From NCBI GenBank assembly GCA_947258515.1, contig CAMYIO010000013.1, positions 760 to 64,759 on the forward strand: a stretch of DNA of 64,000 bases, read 5' to 3'. The notes beneath the pieces are model-generated. The model did no database searches. It had not been told where the DNA came from and worked only from the letters and a program-made list of their open reading frames with translations. The translations under genes were made by a program, and so were the position numbers. The DNA is from an uncultured Ectothiorhodospiraceae bacterium (GTDB taxonomy: Bacteria; Pseudomonadota; Gammaproteobacteria; UBA9214). This document shows positions 22,010-35,216 of this stretch, one piece after another. The number at the start of each line of letters is the position of its first letter. The stretch's first letter is position 1.

Positions 22010-22070
22010 GAGCGGATCGCATCCGCGAAGATTTTTTGAATCCCTGTTCGCGGATGCGATCCGCTCCTAC
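22006..22070. repeat. REP-like palindromic element copy 3; bidirectional terminator between convergent Mth938-like gene and rpoS
   Basis: Perfect 23-nt arms identical to copy 1, with a different 19-nt loop. Confidence 0.8.
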
Positions 22071-22078
22071 AGCCATTA

Positions 22079-23056
22079 TTATTTCAATAGCGCATCCATT
22101 GAAAAACCGTCCTGTTCCAGAATACGTTTGAGCTTTTTCAGGGCATCCATCTGGATCTGGCGCACACGTTCGCGGGTCACGCCGATTTCCTGGCCCACTT
22201 CTTCCAGGGTTGATACCGAGGGCCCATGCAGGCCAAAGCGGCGCTCCACCACCTCGCGCTGCTTGTCGCTGAGTTTCGACAGGCACTCTTCGAGGTTGGA
22301 ATGCACACCCTCTTCCTGCAAGGTATCGGTCGGGTCACGTGCGTTGCTGTCGGGTATGGTATCCAGCAATGTCTTGCCGGAATCACTCATCACGCTGCTA
22401 TCAGTTGAGGAGACACGTTCGTTCAAGCCCAGCATGCGCTCTACATCCTCAATCGGTTTGTTCAGCAGCTCGGCGATTTCCTCGGATGTGGGTTCATGAT
22501 CAAGCTCCTGCGCCAGGCTGCGTGCCGCCCGCAGGTAGACATTGATTTCCTTGACGACATGAATCGGTAAACGGATGGTACGCGTCTGGTTCATGATGGC
22601 GCGCTCGATGGTCTGACGTATCCACCAGGTACCGTAGGTCGAGAAACGGAAACCGCGTTCCGGGTCGAATTTTTCAACGGCCCGGATCAGCCCGAGATTT
22701 CCCTCCTCGATCAAGTCAAGAAACGCCAGGCCACGATTCATGTAACGCCGCGCTATTTTCACGACCAGGCGCAGGTTGCTTTCGATCATGCGCTTGCGGG
22801 CGCTCTCGTCACCCTGTTGCGCAAGCCGCGAGAATTTCACTTCCTCCTCTGCCGTCAGCAGGGGTGATGCACCGATTTCACTCAGGTAGAGGCGGGTCGG
22901 ATCATGATCGGAGGCAGCGGTCGCTACCTTGTACTTGCGGGGCTGTGGCGTTGCATGACCAGACCGCTCCCTGTCCGGTGCCTGCGGCGACTTCACAGGC
23001 TGACCCTTCACGGTGCTCTTGCTGTCGTCGGAGTCCTTGCGTTTTGCCACTGGCAT
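22079..23056 (-). CDS. rpoS: RNA polymerase sigma factor RpoS (sigma-38)
   Basis: Near-identity to the RpoS core ([56 protein letters not shown]). Downstream of nlpD. Start uncertain (Met at 23113/23080/23056). Confidence 0.9.
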   Translation of the reverse strand: MPVAKRKDSDDSKSTVKGQPVKSPQAPDRERSGHATPQPRKYKVATAASDHDPTRLYLSEIGASPLLTAEEEVKFSRLAQQGDESARKRMIESNLRLVVKIARRYMNRGLAFLDLIEEGNLGLIRAVEKFDPERGFRFSTYGTWWIRQTIERAIMNQTRTIRLPIHVVKEINVYLRAARSLAQELDHEPTSEEIAELLNKPIEDVERMLGLNERVSSTDSSVMSDSGKTLLDTIPDSNARDPTDTLQEEGVHSNLEECLSKLSDKQREVVERRFGLHGPSVSTLEEVGQEIGVTRERVRQIQMDALKKLKRILEQDGFSMDALLK

Positions 23057-23125
23057 CCCCGCCTGGCGCTGTACGTCCATCACTGTCCATGAGCAGACAG
23101 CCCGTGCATACAATCATGGTCACAG

Positions 23126-23974
23126 TTACTGCTTCGGCAGGTACCTCATCGGGTCGGTCGGTTTGCCATTCTTGCGAATTTCAAAGTACAACTCGTTCCG
23201 ATTGGTGCCACTGCTGCCCATCTTGGCAATCATCTGTCCTGCCACGACGTGCTCGCCTTCGTTCACCAGCAGCTTGTTGTTATGCCCGTAGGCGCTGAGC
23301 AAATTTTCGTTATGTTTCACGATAATAAGCCTGCCGTAGCCGACAAGTCCACTCCCGGCATAGACCACCTTGCCATTGGCGGCGGCCTTTACCGGCTGAT
23401 CGGCATGCCCGCCGATATCTATGCCCTGCTTGCCGGGACCCGATGTCTGGAAGCGGGTCAACAGCCGGCCCCGGGTCGGCCATACCCATGTACCGTCATA
23501 CGCAGGTACCCTCGCTGTCTGATTTGCTGCGCTGTTCGACGTGCTGACCGTGACCGGCGTCGCCGCAGGGACCGGCTTCGGGGCCGGCGCTGCTGCAGGC
23601 GCCGGGGACGCCTTTACGGCAGGCCGGGGCTGCATCGCAGCCGGCTTTGCCTGTGACTGCCGGGGCACCGGCTTTACATGCAGCCGCTGGCCCTTATAGA
23701 TCGTGTAAGGTGAACGGATACCATTCATGCTCGCGAGTTCACGATAATTCAGCCCGAGATGCCAGGCAATGGAGTACAGGGTATCGCCGCCCTGCACAAC
23801 GTAATACCCGGACTGCTTGCTGCTTGTGGCGCTTGATGACGACCTTGCTGTTGTCTTCGCCCCCGAGGACTGTTGATTGTTTCGCGAATCAATCGGTGCA
23901 TTGACATGGGACGCACAGCCGCACAGCAGGGCGACCAGCAGGGCGGGAACAATTGACCGGTAAGCAGGCATCAT
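23126..23974 (-). CDS. nlpD: lipoprotein NlpD (LysM + M23 peptidase domain)
   Basis: Lipobox LLCGC, LysM (YVVQGGDTLYSIA), and a degenerate M23 domain. pcm-nlpD-rpoS synteny. Confidence 0.9.
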   Translation of the reverse strand: MMPAYRSIVPALLVALLCGCASHVNAPIDSRNNQQSSGAKTTARSSSSATSSKQSGYYVVQGGDTLYSIAWHLGLNYRELASMNGIRSPYTIYKGQRLHVKPVPRQSQAKPAAMQPRPAVKASPAPAAAPAPKPVPAATPVTVSTSNSAANQTARVPAYDGTWVWPTRGRLLTRFQTSGPGKQGIDIGGHADQPVKAAANGKVVYAGSGLVGYGRLIIVKHNENLLSAYGHNNKLLVNEGEHVVAGQMIAKMGSSGTNRNELYFEIRKNGKPTDPMRYLPKQ

Positions 23975-24549
23975 CAGTGACGAAAATACAAAAACGCGAT
24001 GACGGCTGCAACCACAACCAGCCAGCCGATACGCTCGACATAGTTACGCAGCTTGTCTTCCATGTCCCGGCCACCCCAGCGCATCAACCCGGCGACCAGG
24101 AAAAACCGGCCTCCCCGCCCCGCGATGGAGCCAAGCACAAACAGCGGCAGGTTCATACCCAGGGTACCTGCGGCAATGGTAAACACCTTGTAGGGAATCG
24201 GTGAAAACCCCGCGACCAGGATGGCCCAGAACCCCCATTCTTCAAACCAGCCGCGGGCAGCCTGATAGCTATCCCAGTAGTGGCTTTCCTGCAGCCAGGG
24301 CTGTATCAGGTCAAATCCATAATAGCCAATCAGGTAACCCAGCAAGCCGCCCAGTACCGAGGCCACGGTGGTCAGGGTGGCATAGCGCCAGGCGCGTTCC
24401 GGCCTGGCCATGCTCATGGGTGCCAGCATGACATCCGGCGGAATCGGGAAAAACGATGACTCGGCAAAACTCAGGCCCGCGAGGTACCAGGCCGCGTGGC
24501 GATGACGCGACCACAACATGCACTTGTCGTAAAGTTTGGTGAACATCAT
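23974..24549 (-). CDS. YqaA/DedA-like inner-membrane protein
   Basis: Four TM helices with SNARE-associated/DedA-like motifs. Confidence 0.65.
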   Translation of the reverse strand: MMFTKLYDKCMLWSRHRHAAWYLAGLSFAESSFFPIPPDVMLAPMSMARPERAWRYATLTTVASVLGGLLGYLIGYYGFDLIQPWLQESHYWDSYQAARGWFEEWGFWAILVAGFSPIPYKVFTIAAGTLGMNLPLFVLGSIAGRGGRFFLVAGLMRWGGRDMEDKLRNYVERIGWLVVVAAVIAFLYFRH

Positions 24550-24552
24550 GGA

Positions 24553-25212
24553 TCAGACCTGTCCTGTTAACAGTGGCACGAAAATGACAGGGTCAAGGCG
24601 CTCCTGCTCATAGCTGTCGTCGTGGCGGGTCACCACGGTCAGTCGCTGGCTGTCACGACCGCCGACCGGGATAATCAGGCGCCCGCCCCCGGGTGACAAT
24701 TGCTCCATCAGCGCCTGCGGGATTGTTTCCGTGGCCGCCGTGGTGATGATGGCGTCATAGGGCGCAAAGTCCGGCAGGCCTGCCGTACCATCCGAATAGC
24801 TGGCTCGGATATTCCTGAGTCCCAGTTTGCGAAACCGCTGACGTGCCTGCACCGCCAGCGGTTCAATGCGTTCAACGGTATACACCTTGGCCACCAGCGG
24901 CGCCAGCACGGCCGCCTGGTAGCCGGAGCCGGTACCGATCTCCAGCACCTTCTGCGGCTCGGCCCTGATCACAAGATCGGTCATTACCGCGACCACATAC
25001 GGCTGCGAGATTGTCTGGTTGTAGCCAATGGGCAATGCCGTGTCTTCATAGGCCCGACTGGACAGCGCCTCGTCCACAAACAGGTGCCGCGGCGTATTGC
25101 GTATCACATCGAGCACGGCCTCGTTGCAGATGCCTTCCTCCCGTAACCGCGCCACCAGCCGGTCGCGGGTACGTTGCGAGGTCATGCCAATGCCGCGGGT
25201 CGATGCATTCAA
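24553..25212 (-). CDS. pcm: protein-L-isoaspartate O-methyltransferase
   Basis: SAM motif [16 protein letters not shown]. Synteny with surE. Confidence 0.93.
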   Translation of the reverse strand: MNASTRGIGMTSQRTRDRLVARLREEGICNEAVLDVIRNTPRHLFVDEALSSRAYEDTALPIGYNQTISQPYVVAVMTDLVIRAEPQKVLEIGTGSGYQAAVLAPLVAKVYTVERIEPLAVQARQRFRKLGLRNIRASYSDGTAGLPDFAPYDAIITTAATETIPQALMEQLSPGGGRLIIPVGGRDSQRLTVVTRHDDSYEQERLDPVIFVPLLTGQV

Positions 25213-25238
25213 GACGGTTATTCCTTAATAGCGGTGTG

Positions 25239-25982
25239 CTAGTCGGTCAGCCAGCTGGCCAGTCCGTCAATCGCATCATAGCGGGTCAGGTCTACATCAA
25301 TGGGCGTTATCGAGACATAACCCGAGCGCACGGCATGGAAATCCGTGCCCGGGCCGGCATCCTGCTCGGGGCCCGCCGGACCCACCCAGTAAACCGTCCG
25401 GCCACGCGGGTCCTGCTCCTTGATCACCGCTTCTGACTTGTGACGATGCCCGAGTCGTGTCGCATGCATCCCCTTCAGCTGATCCCAGGGCAGATCGGGG
25501 ATGTTGACGTTGAGAATGGTGTCCGCGGGCAAGGAGCCGGAGGTACAACGTTTTACGAGGTCCACGGCGACGCGCGCAGCGGTATCATAATGAGTCGGCC
25601 GGTCCGTCACCAGCGACAGCGCGATCGCCGGGAACCCGAGGAAGCGACCCTCCATTGCCGCCGCGACCGTGCCCGAATAGAGCACGTCATCGCCGAGATT
25701 GGCGCCGGAATTGATACCGGCAACCACCATGTCCGGTTCCACATCCAGCAAGCCGGTGATGGCGAGGTGAACACAATCCGTCGGCGTGCCATCCACATAG
25801 GTAAAGCCATTACTGCCCTGGCGGGCCCGTATCGGGTTATCAAGCGTCAATGAATTACTGGCGCCACTGCGATCGCGGTCCGGCGCCACCACATGGATGC
25901 GGGCGATCTCCGCCAGCGCAGCGGCCAGCGCCTCGATTCCCGGCGACTGGTAACCATCGTCATTGCTGATCAGAATATTCAT
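25239..25982 (-). CDS. surE: 5'/3'-nucleotidase SurE
   Basis: [11 protein letters not shown]-terminal signature. Confidence 0.93.
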   Translation of the reverse strand: MNILISNDDGYQSPGIEALAAALAEIARIHVVAPDRDRSGASNSLTLDNPIRARQGSNGFTYVDGTPTDCVHLAITGLLDVEPDMVVAGINSGANLGDDVLYSGTVAAAMEGRFLGFPAIALSLVTDRPTHYDTAARVAVDLVKRCTSGSLPADTILNVNIPDLPWDQLKGMHATRLGHRHKSEAVIKEQDPRGRTVYWVGPAGPEQDAGPGTDFHAVRSGYVSITPIDVDLTRYDAIDGLASWLTD

Positions 25983-26133
25983 AATGTCCTTACAACCTGC
26001 CTGCCCTGTGAATTTTTGCCCCGCAGAGTACCCTGTGAAACAGGGTCAAAAATGCCTCTTTAATACAACAGCCATCTACCAACAACAAGCCGTGTAGTAT
26101 AAAGGAACATTGGGCGGGGAACCTGTAATCATT

Positions 26134-26679
26134 ATGGCTAAATCCGGAAAAATCACGACAGACGACATTGAGCTGTTCCGCCGCAGCGTTGGGCCCGTCA
26201 GGAAGATTCACCATGACAAGATCGCGCCGGCCGGAAGCTCGCAGACATCACGGCCACGTCGGCGTGCCGCCGCTGATGAACCACGGCTGACCGACGCTTT
26301 CTCAGACGGCTTTGACAGCGGTGTGGTCACATCGGACGAGGCCCTGTTCTTTACCCGGCCGGGACTGCAACAGCGGCAACTGCAGCGCCTGAAACGCGGC
26401 CAGCTGGCGATCGGCGCCGAGCTCGACATGCACGGCATGACGGCCGCCATGGCACGCAGTGCAGTGGTCAACTTCATCGCCCTGTGCCGCGAACAGCATA
26501 TTCGCTGCGTGCGTATTATTCATGGCAAGGGATACGGTTCGGGTGGCAGTGCGCCGGTGCTGAAAAACCGCATCAACTCCTGGCTGCGGCAACACCATGA
26601 TGTGCTGGCCTTCAGTTCGGCGCAAGCCCGGGACGGCGGCAGTGGTGCCCTCTATGTTCTGTTGAGATCAGGTCACTGA
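26134..26679 (+). CDS. Smr-domain protein (SmrA/YdaL-like endonuclease)
   Basis: C-terminal Smr domain (DLHGMTAAMARSAVVNFI...IHGKG). Confidence 0.7.
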   Translation: MAKSGKITTDDIELFRRSVGPVRKIHHDKIAPAGSSQTSRPRRRAAADEPRLTDAFSDGFDSGVVTSDEALFFTRPGLQQRQLQRLKRGQLAIGAELDMHGMTAAMARSAVVNFIALCREQHIRCVRIIHGKGYGSGGSAPVLKNRINSWLRQHHDVLAFSSAQARDGGSGALYVLLRSGH

Positions 26680-26829
26680 CAGCCATCTGCAGAAGCCCTG
26701 TTGAGCCCTGCGTCGCTGGCAGGGCGGTGTAATACGAATACCAGCATGAGCGCTTTATTGGTGGCAATGTCGGCTCCGTTGGCAGACAGACGCAGCGGAA
26801 GATCCGGCTGCCCTGGCTATTTCCAGCCG

Positions 26830-27873
26830 CTACCCCGCTGGCGTTGTCGCCTGCATCAGCTCACGCAACACACTGGTCGCGTAGGCACCGGGCGGCAGGC
26901 TGAATTCCAGCGACAGCTCAGCCCGGCCGGTCATCTGCCAGCCCAGGTCCTGCACCATGAGTCGCAGCGCGCGCCGGTCCTGTTTCAGCCCGGCGGCTTC
27001 CAGGCCGGCACACCAGTCCGCGTACCCGGCTAGCACGGCATGTTCCAGTTGATGACAGCTGCCTTGCACGGGGGTTTCGCCGCGACCGTGCAGCGGTCCG
27101 GTGGGATGCACGTCCTTGCTGTAGACGCGCGCCATCAGCTCCTCATCACTCGTCTCGGCAATAAAAAAACTGTGGCTGCCACTGAGCTGCATGGCGTCAC
27201 CAGCAATCGGCAAATTCCAGGTGGCGTCATCCACCCGATGAGACAGCAGCTGGTTAAACAGATAGGAACGTGCGGCCGACAGTGCCAGGCTGCGACTGGT
27301 TCTTGACATGCGCCGCCGCGGATTGGCAAACAGCCGCTGCGCGGCATGGAGATTGCCGGCATCACGACCAAAGCGTTGCTCACCAAAATAATTGGGCACG
27401 CCTTCAGCGCCTATCAGGGCAAGCCTTTTTTCCAGGGCTGTCTCATCAGCAGCAATTTCACGCACCGTTATGCTGAAGCGATTGCCACGCAATGCACCGC
27501 GCCGCAGTTTCCGTGAATGACGGGCATGTCGCAGCACGGTCAGGGTCTCCGAGTTGAGGGCCTCCCAGTGCGGGTCTTCGCGCCCCGACAGCTGTACCGA
27601 GAACCACTGCTCGGTCACCGCGCGCCGGTCCTTGAGACCGGCATAGCTGACCTGTCGTGGATGGACACCGGCGAATCGCGCCAGTTGCCCGGCGACCCAC
27701 GGCGTATTTTCATTGCGCTTGCGTATCCATAGCCAGACATGTTCACCCTCGCCGTCCGGTTCCAGCAAGGGCATCTCGGTGACGCAGAAGTCTTCCGCCC
27801 GCAGGCGCAGCCGACCGGTTGCGGCCGGCTTGCCGTGGGCGTACGCCAGTAACTGGATGGCCTGGTCGAGCAC
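26830..27873 (-). CDS. truD: tRNA pseudouridine(13) synthase TruD
   Basis: Collinear with E. coli TruD (VSYAGLKDRRAVT, NYFGEQRFG). Confidence 0.92.
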   Translation of the reverse strand: MLDQAIQLLAYAHGKPAATGRLRLRAEDFCVTEMPLLEPDGEGEHVWLWIRKRNENTPWVAGQLARFAGVHPRQVSYAGLKDRRAVTEQWFSVQLSGREDPHWEALNSETLTVLRHARHSRKLRRGALRGNRFSITVREIAADETALEKRLALIGAEGVPNYFGEQRFGRDAGNLHAAQRLFANPRRRMSRTSRSLALSAARSYLFNQLLSHRVDDATWNLPIAGDAMQLSGSHSFFIAETSDEELMARVYSKDVHPTGPLHGRGETPVQGSCHQLEHAVLAGYADWCAGLEAAGLKQDRRALRLMVQDLGWQMTGRAELSLEFSLPPGAYATSVLRELMQATTPAG

Positions 27874-27894
27874 CGCGGCAGTCGCGAGGTCCCG

Positions 27895-28368
27895 TTAACG
27901 GGACTCCAGCAACACCACGGCAAGAGCCGCGATGCCTTCGCCCCTGCCGGTAAATCCGAGGTGCTCGGTGGTGGTTGCCTTGACGTTGACACGTGTAAGC
28001 TTGATCTGCAGGTCCGCGCTGATGTTTTCACACATGGCATTAATATAGGGCGACAGTTTCGGCGCCTGCGCGACGACCGTGATGTCGGCATTCTCTACCC
28101 TGAAATGATGGACCCGCAGCTGTTCATGGGTCTCGCGTAACAGGATACGGCTATCGATATTTTCATAGGCCGCGTCATGCGGCGGAAAATGCCGGCCGAT
28201 ATCACCGAGGGCAGCGGCACCGAGCAGTGCGTCGCACAGTGCATGCAGCACCACATCACCATCCGAGTGTGCCTCAAGGCTGCGATCACAGGGTATCGGC
28301 ACGCCGCCCAGAACCAGGGTGCCGCCGTCCTGAAAGGCATGCACATCCACGCCCTGTCCGATTCTCAT
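27895..28368 (-). CDS. ispF: 2-C-methyl-D-erythritol 2,4-cyclodiphosphate synthase
   Basis: MRIGQGVDVHAF...HSDGDV motif. Confidence 0.95.
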   Translation of the reverse strand: MRIGQGVDVHAFQDGGTLVLGGVPIPCDRSLEAHSDGDVVLHALCDALLGAAALGDIGRHFPPHDAAYENIDSRILLRETHEQLRVHHFRVENADITVVAQAPKLSPYINAMCENISADLQIKLTRVNVKATTTEHLGFTGRGEGIAALAVVLLESR

Positions 28369-29075
28369 GATGATTGCCTCGATTGCAGGTAGAACGCTGC
28401 CAGTGGCAGGTCAGAGGGCAAGGTAATCTTTATATTATCACGCGCGCCCTGCACCATACGTGGACGGTAACCGGCAAGCTCCATTGCATTCGCCTCGTCG
28501 GTTACCGGGTGGCCGTTGTCAACGGCCTGCTGCAGGGCGGCGCGCAAGGCGCCGATGCGAAACATTTGCGGCGTATAGGCATGCCACAGACCCTCGCGAT
28601 CGACCGTGTCCGAGATATTCAATTCGTCATCCACGCGTTTCATGGTATCAGCTACCGGCACACCCAGCAGGCCACCCTCGCCACTGCCTTGCAGTGTGTT
28701 CATCAGGTGCTCGATATCTTCCGGGCGCACGCAGGGACGGGCAGCATCATGCACCAGTACCCAGTCATCATCTCCGGCGCGGGCGGCGAGGTGCTTGAGT
28801 CCATTCAGGACCGAGTCGCAACGCTCTGCACCACCGTTGACCGTTTCCAGTGCCTGCTGCGTATAGCGCTGCTGTATCCCCGTCCAGCGCTGGTCCGCTG
28901 GCGAAAGCACCAGGATAACGCCTGCGAGCCGTTCACAGGACAGCAGTGTATCCAGGGTGTGCTCCACTACGGTCCTGTCGCCCAGTGTCAGGTACTGCTT
29001 GGGGATATCCGAACCCATGCGCGTACCCGCACCGGCGGCGGGAACGATGGCCCAGAATCTGGCTTCAGTCTGCAT
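28365..29075 (-). CDS. ispD: 2-C-methyl-D-erythritol 4-phosphate cytidylyltransferase
   Basis: AIVPAAGAGTRMG P-loop-like motif. Overlaps the ispF start. Confidence 0.95.
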   Translation of the reverse strand: MQTEARFWAIVPAAGAGTRMGSDIPKQYLTLGDRTVVEHTLDTLLSCERLAGVILVLSPADQRWTGIQQRYTQQALETVNGGAERCDSVLNGLKHLAARAGDDDWVLVHDAARPCVRPEDIEHLMNTLQGSGEGGLLGVPVADTMKRVDDELNISDTVDREGLWHAYTPQMFRIGALRAALQQAVDNGHPVTDEANAMELAGYRPRMVQGARDNIKITLPSDLPLAAFYLQSRQSS

Positions 29076-29332
29076 AGTCGATCAAACACATCATCTGGAT
29101 AGCTTGCAGTGCTTCGATATGAACAAGATAAAATACTTTTGGCCACGGAATCCACGGAAGAACACGGAAAAAACTATTAAGGCTTTTTTCTTTCTTGTTC
29201 ATCCGTGGATTCCGTGGCCAAAAGTATTTTATCTTGTTCATATCAAAGCACTGCAAGCTATCCAGATGATGTGTTTGATCGACTATGCAGACTGAAGCCA
29301 GATTCTGGGCCATCGTTCCCGCCGCCGGTGCG
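29028..29332. repeat. 305-bp near-perfect palindrome (about 126-nt arms, 1 mismatch). It contains the ispD start plus leader on the left arm, an inverted copy on the right arm, and an imperfect CCACGGAA-element centre.
   Basis: The reverse complement of 29202-29332 equals 29028-29158 except C29106 vs T. The first 16 ispD codons recur on the + strand from ~29285. Confidence 0.85.
29141..29219. repeat. CCACGGAA palindromic element (copy inside the large palindrome centre)
   Basis: GGCCACGGAATCCACGGAAGAACACGGAA...TCCGTGGATTCCGTGGCC. Related to 60936-61017. Confidence 0.7.
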
Positions 29333-29579
29333 TCTCGCCCTCTTTAACCATGCCCAGGTCCTCGCGGGCATGTTCCTCGATGGCATCAAAGCCCTGCTGC
29401 AGGTCCTGCACCTCGGCCTCCAGTGCCGCATTGCGTTCGCGCAGTTCGATATTTTCCTGGCGTTGCAACTCGACCTCGCGGTGCAACTCCCAGACATCCT
29501 GCAGGCTGCTCTCCCCGAACCACAGCTTGTACTGCAAATAGAGCAGTAATATCAGCAGCAGTAGGACCAGCTTTTTCAT
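29283..29579 (-). CDS. ftsB: cell division protein FtsB; last ~15 codons are encoded by the palindrome arm
   Basis: N-terminal TM + coiled coil (LLLILLLYLQYKLWFG...). The C-terminus ...GETH-RRRERWPRIWLQSA derives from the antisense ispD 5' region. Confidence 0.85.
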   Translation of the reverse strand: MKKLVLLLLILLLYLQYKLWFGESSLQDVWELHREVELQRQENIELRERNAALEAEVQDLQQGFDAIEEHAREDLGMVKEGETHRRRERWPRIWLQSA

Positions 29580-29632
29580 GCCAGAACGGTGTACCTGAAC
29601 GCACCTGCAGGCGGCAAACTCCCGGCTGGCAC

Positions 29633-30940
<1,308 letters not shown>

Positions 30941-30975
30941 TTACTTGCCCAGTATTTATTTAAATGATTGACGGG

Positions 30976-31815
30976 CTATTTCATGAGCTCGTTTTCCGGT
31001 AGCGGCTGAGCCTTGATCAGCGCATCAATCTCTTTCAATGTCTTCAGCAGCGTCTGCAGCTGCCCCAGCGGCCAGGCGTTCGGCCCATCGCTGAGTGCCA
31101 CGGACGGGTCCGGGTGTGTTTCCATAAACACACCGGCGACGCCGGCGGCGACCGCGGCACGCGCCAGTACCGGGACGAACTCGCGCTGGCCACCGGAACT
31201 GCTTCCCTGCCCGCCCGGCAATTGCACCGAGTGCGTGGCATCGAACACAACCGGCACACCGGTGTTACGCATCACGGCCAGTGAACGCATATCCGAGACC
31301 AGGTTGTTATAGCCGAATGACGCGCCCCGTTCGCAGGCCATGATCTGTTCATTGCCGGTCGCCAGCGCCTTGTCGGTGACGTTTTTCATGTCCCACGGCG
31401 ACAGGAACTGGCCCTTTTTGATATTCACCGGCTTGCCCTGGCGCGCGACGCTCTGGATAAAATTGGTTTGTCGGCACAGGAAGGCTGGCGTTTGCAGGAC
31501 ATCGACAACCACGGCCACTTCAGCCAACGGGGTATCTTCATGCACATCGGTAAGCACCGGCACATGCAGCTGCTTCTTCACCTTCTCGAGGATGCGCAAA
31601 CCCTCTTCGAGACCCGGTCCGCGAAAGCTGGTGTGCGATGAACGGTTGGCCTTGTCAAACGATGACTTGTAGATAAACGGGATGTCGAGTGCTGCGGTTA
31701 TCTCTTGCAATTGCCCGGCGGTATCGATGGCAAGCTGTTCACTCTCTATTACACAGGGACCGGCTATCAGAAACAGGGGGTACTCGATACCAACCTGGAA
31801 ATCGCATAGCTTCAT
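30976..31815 (-). CDS. kdsA: 3-deoxy-8-phosphooctulonate synthase
   Basis: Collinear with E. coli KdsA. Confidence 0.95.
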   Translation of the reverse strand: MKLCDFQVGIEYPLFLIAGPCVIESEQLAIDTAGQLQEITAALDIPFIYKSSFDKANRSSHTSFRGPGLEEGLRILEKVKKQLHVPVLTDVHEDTPLAEVAVVVDVLQTPAFLCRQTNFIQSVARQGKPVNIKKGQFLSPWDMKNVTDKALATGNEQIMACERGASFGYNNLVSDMRSLAVMRNTGVPVVFDATHSVQLPGGQGSSSGGQREFVPVLARAAVAAGVAGVFMETHPDPSVALSDGPNAWPLGQLQTLLKTLKEIDALIKAQPLPENELMK

Positions 31816-31844
31816 GGGGTGATGGTACCTGTTACCGGGAGGTG

Positions 31845-33578
<1,734 letters not shown>

Positions 33579-33621
33579 TCACCTCAATGACCGGATTGGG
33601 TGCAGCCGTCTGAAACCGTCT

Positions 33622-34965
33622 TCAGGCAGGCGGAGTGGCACTGCTGTCCCAGGTGATCAAAAAGCCGGGCTCGGCCGGGCCGGCCTGAAAGGGCTCGCAC
33701 ACCCACAATCCCGGGACCATGGCGAGTTCATCCCCGATATAGATCAACGGTATCCGCTGCCGCTCCCAGGGAGGAACGCCCTGTTCCTGGAATAATTTCT
33801 TCAGACTGTGGTGATGCTTGCGGCCGGCCGGAAGGCAGCTTTCCCCCCCCTTGCGCCAGCTCACCCGCACCCCGGCTGCACTGGCAGCGGCATGTCGTAT
33901 ACCCGCCCCGGTCACCGGCAGGGCGGTCAGCACCCCGCCCGCCCCTGGCAAGCTCAAGGGTGCGGACAGAGACCAGTCCAGTGCACTTGGCTCATCCCGG
34001 TTGGCGGCTTGCTGCAAACAAAACACATCATCGCGGTAACGACGCAGCGCATGGCCGCCCAGGCGCACGCAGGGCCCGGCATCGGCACGACTGTGCAGGA
34101 CATCATTGACGATGCGCGCCAGCACCGCCGTCGACGGCGTGTGACCACAGCGACATTTCAGCCAGGCACGCAGGACGTTGCGCTGCCGGTCAGCCGGCAA
34201 GGCCACAAGACCCTGCACAGATAGCGTGTCGGCATGCTCACCCGCGACGTTCTGCAGGTCTTCTTCAGCAAGCTGGCCGATGAGTGCATTTGCCTCGGCA
34301 CAATGCGCTGCACTGCGTGACACACTCGAGGACACTGCCGGCCAGCGATCACGCAGTAGCGGCAACACCTGGTGACGCAGGTAATTGCGATCGTAGGCGG
34401 TACTGAGGTTGCCGGGGTCTTCTACCCAGCTCAGGTCATGCGCGGATGCGTAGTGGTGCAGTACCGTGCGCGTCACTCCCAGCAGCGGTCGCAGGTGTCG
34501 TCCCGCACCCAGTGCGGTGATTACCGGCATGGCAGCCAGTCCACTGACGCCACTGCCGCGCAGCAACTGCAGTAACAGGGTTTCCGCCTGGTCATCCTGG
34601 TGCTGGGCCGTGAGCAGGCAGTGCCCTGCCGGCAGCCACTCTGCCAGTGCCCGGTAACGCGCATCGCGCGCAGCGGCCTCGGGACTTTCACCACGCGCCG
34701 GCCGGCCATCAACGCGCAGCAAGGCGTACGCGACCTCAAGTTCATCGCAGACCTGCTGGCAATGTCTATCCCACTCATCGGCATCCGCATGCAGGCCATG
34801 ATGAACATGCACGGCGCCCACCCCGGCACCCAGCTGATCACGCAACGCACACAGCGCATGTAACAACACCTGTGAATCCAGCCCGCCACTGAAAGCCACC
34901 TGGTAACACGGGGGGGCAGCGTGCCGCTGTAATTGCTGCAGGAGATTGTCGGGTGAAAACTTCAT
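33622..34965 (-). CDS. tilS: tRNA(Ile)-lysidine synthetase
   Basis: PP-loop SGGLDS. Synteny with accA. Confidence 0.88.
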   Translation of the reverse strand: MKFSPDNLLQQLQRHAAPPCYQVAFSGGLDSQVLLHALCALRDQLGAGVGAVHVHHGLHADADEWDRHCQQVCDELEVAYALLRVDGRPARGESPEAAARDARYRALAEWLPAGHCLLTAQHQDDQAETLLLQLLRGSGVSGLAAMPVITALGAGRHLRPLLGVTRTVLHHYASAHDLSWVEDPGNLSTAYDRNYLRHQVLPLLRDRWPAVSSSVSRSAAHCAEANALIGQLAEEDLQNVAGEHADTLSVQGLVALPADRQRNVLRAWLKCRCGHTPSTAVLARIVNDVLHSRADAGPCVRLGGHALRRYRDDVFCLQQAANRDEPSALDWSLSAPLSLPGAGGVLTALPVTGAGIRHAAASAAGVRVSWRKGGESCLPAGRKHHHSLKKLFQEQGVPPWERQRIPLIYIGDELAMVPGLWVCEPFQAGPAEPGFLITWDSSATPPA

Positions 34966-35115
34966 AACTGATCGGGTATCCGCTGCTGCACCCGATAACC
35001 TGAATTAAACCGGCGGTGTGCCTGTCCCGCAAAAGACAGTCGGGGAAGAAAACCCGGAAATAAATGCCTTAACAGAATGGCTTCTCTGTTGCTGCGCGGA
35101 TTCCCTGGCCATGAT

Positions 35116-35216
35116 ACCTAGGAGCCTGTCGGACTTAGGATTAATCTACTGCGCTGATGGGAGAACGGCCCAAATACCCCCGATTCCTCGTTGCGTAGGC
35201 CCACTATGCGCCTCGA
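35116..35216. repeat. TAGGAGCC MITE-like element, copy A (about 100 nt, left half), overlapping the accA 3' end
   Basis: About 85% identical to 52240-52345 (CTAGGAGCCTGTCGGACTTAGGA...CCCACTATGCGCCTC). Confidence 0.75.

Noticed and set aside
28957-29313. ORFs 28957..29295(+) and 29065..29313(-) encoding near-identical 82-112 aa 'proteins'
   Set aside because: Both read through the 305-bp palindrome. The identical translation from both strands is a mirror artefact of the inverted repeat, not a gene.
29028-29332. Dismissing the large palindrome as an assembly fold-back artefact
   Set aside because: Fold-back chimeras give perfect symmetry about a point. Here the ~45-nt centre is asymmetric, one arm mismatch exists, and the centre matches an independent repeat at 60936-61017. 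An artefact cannot be excluded without reads, so it is reported as a finding.
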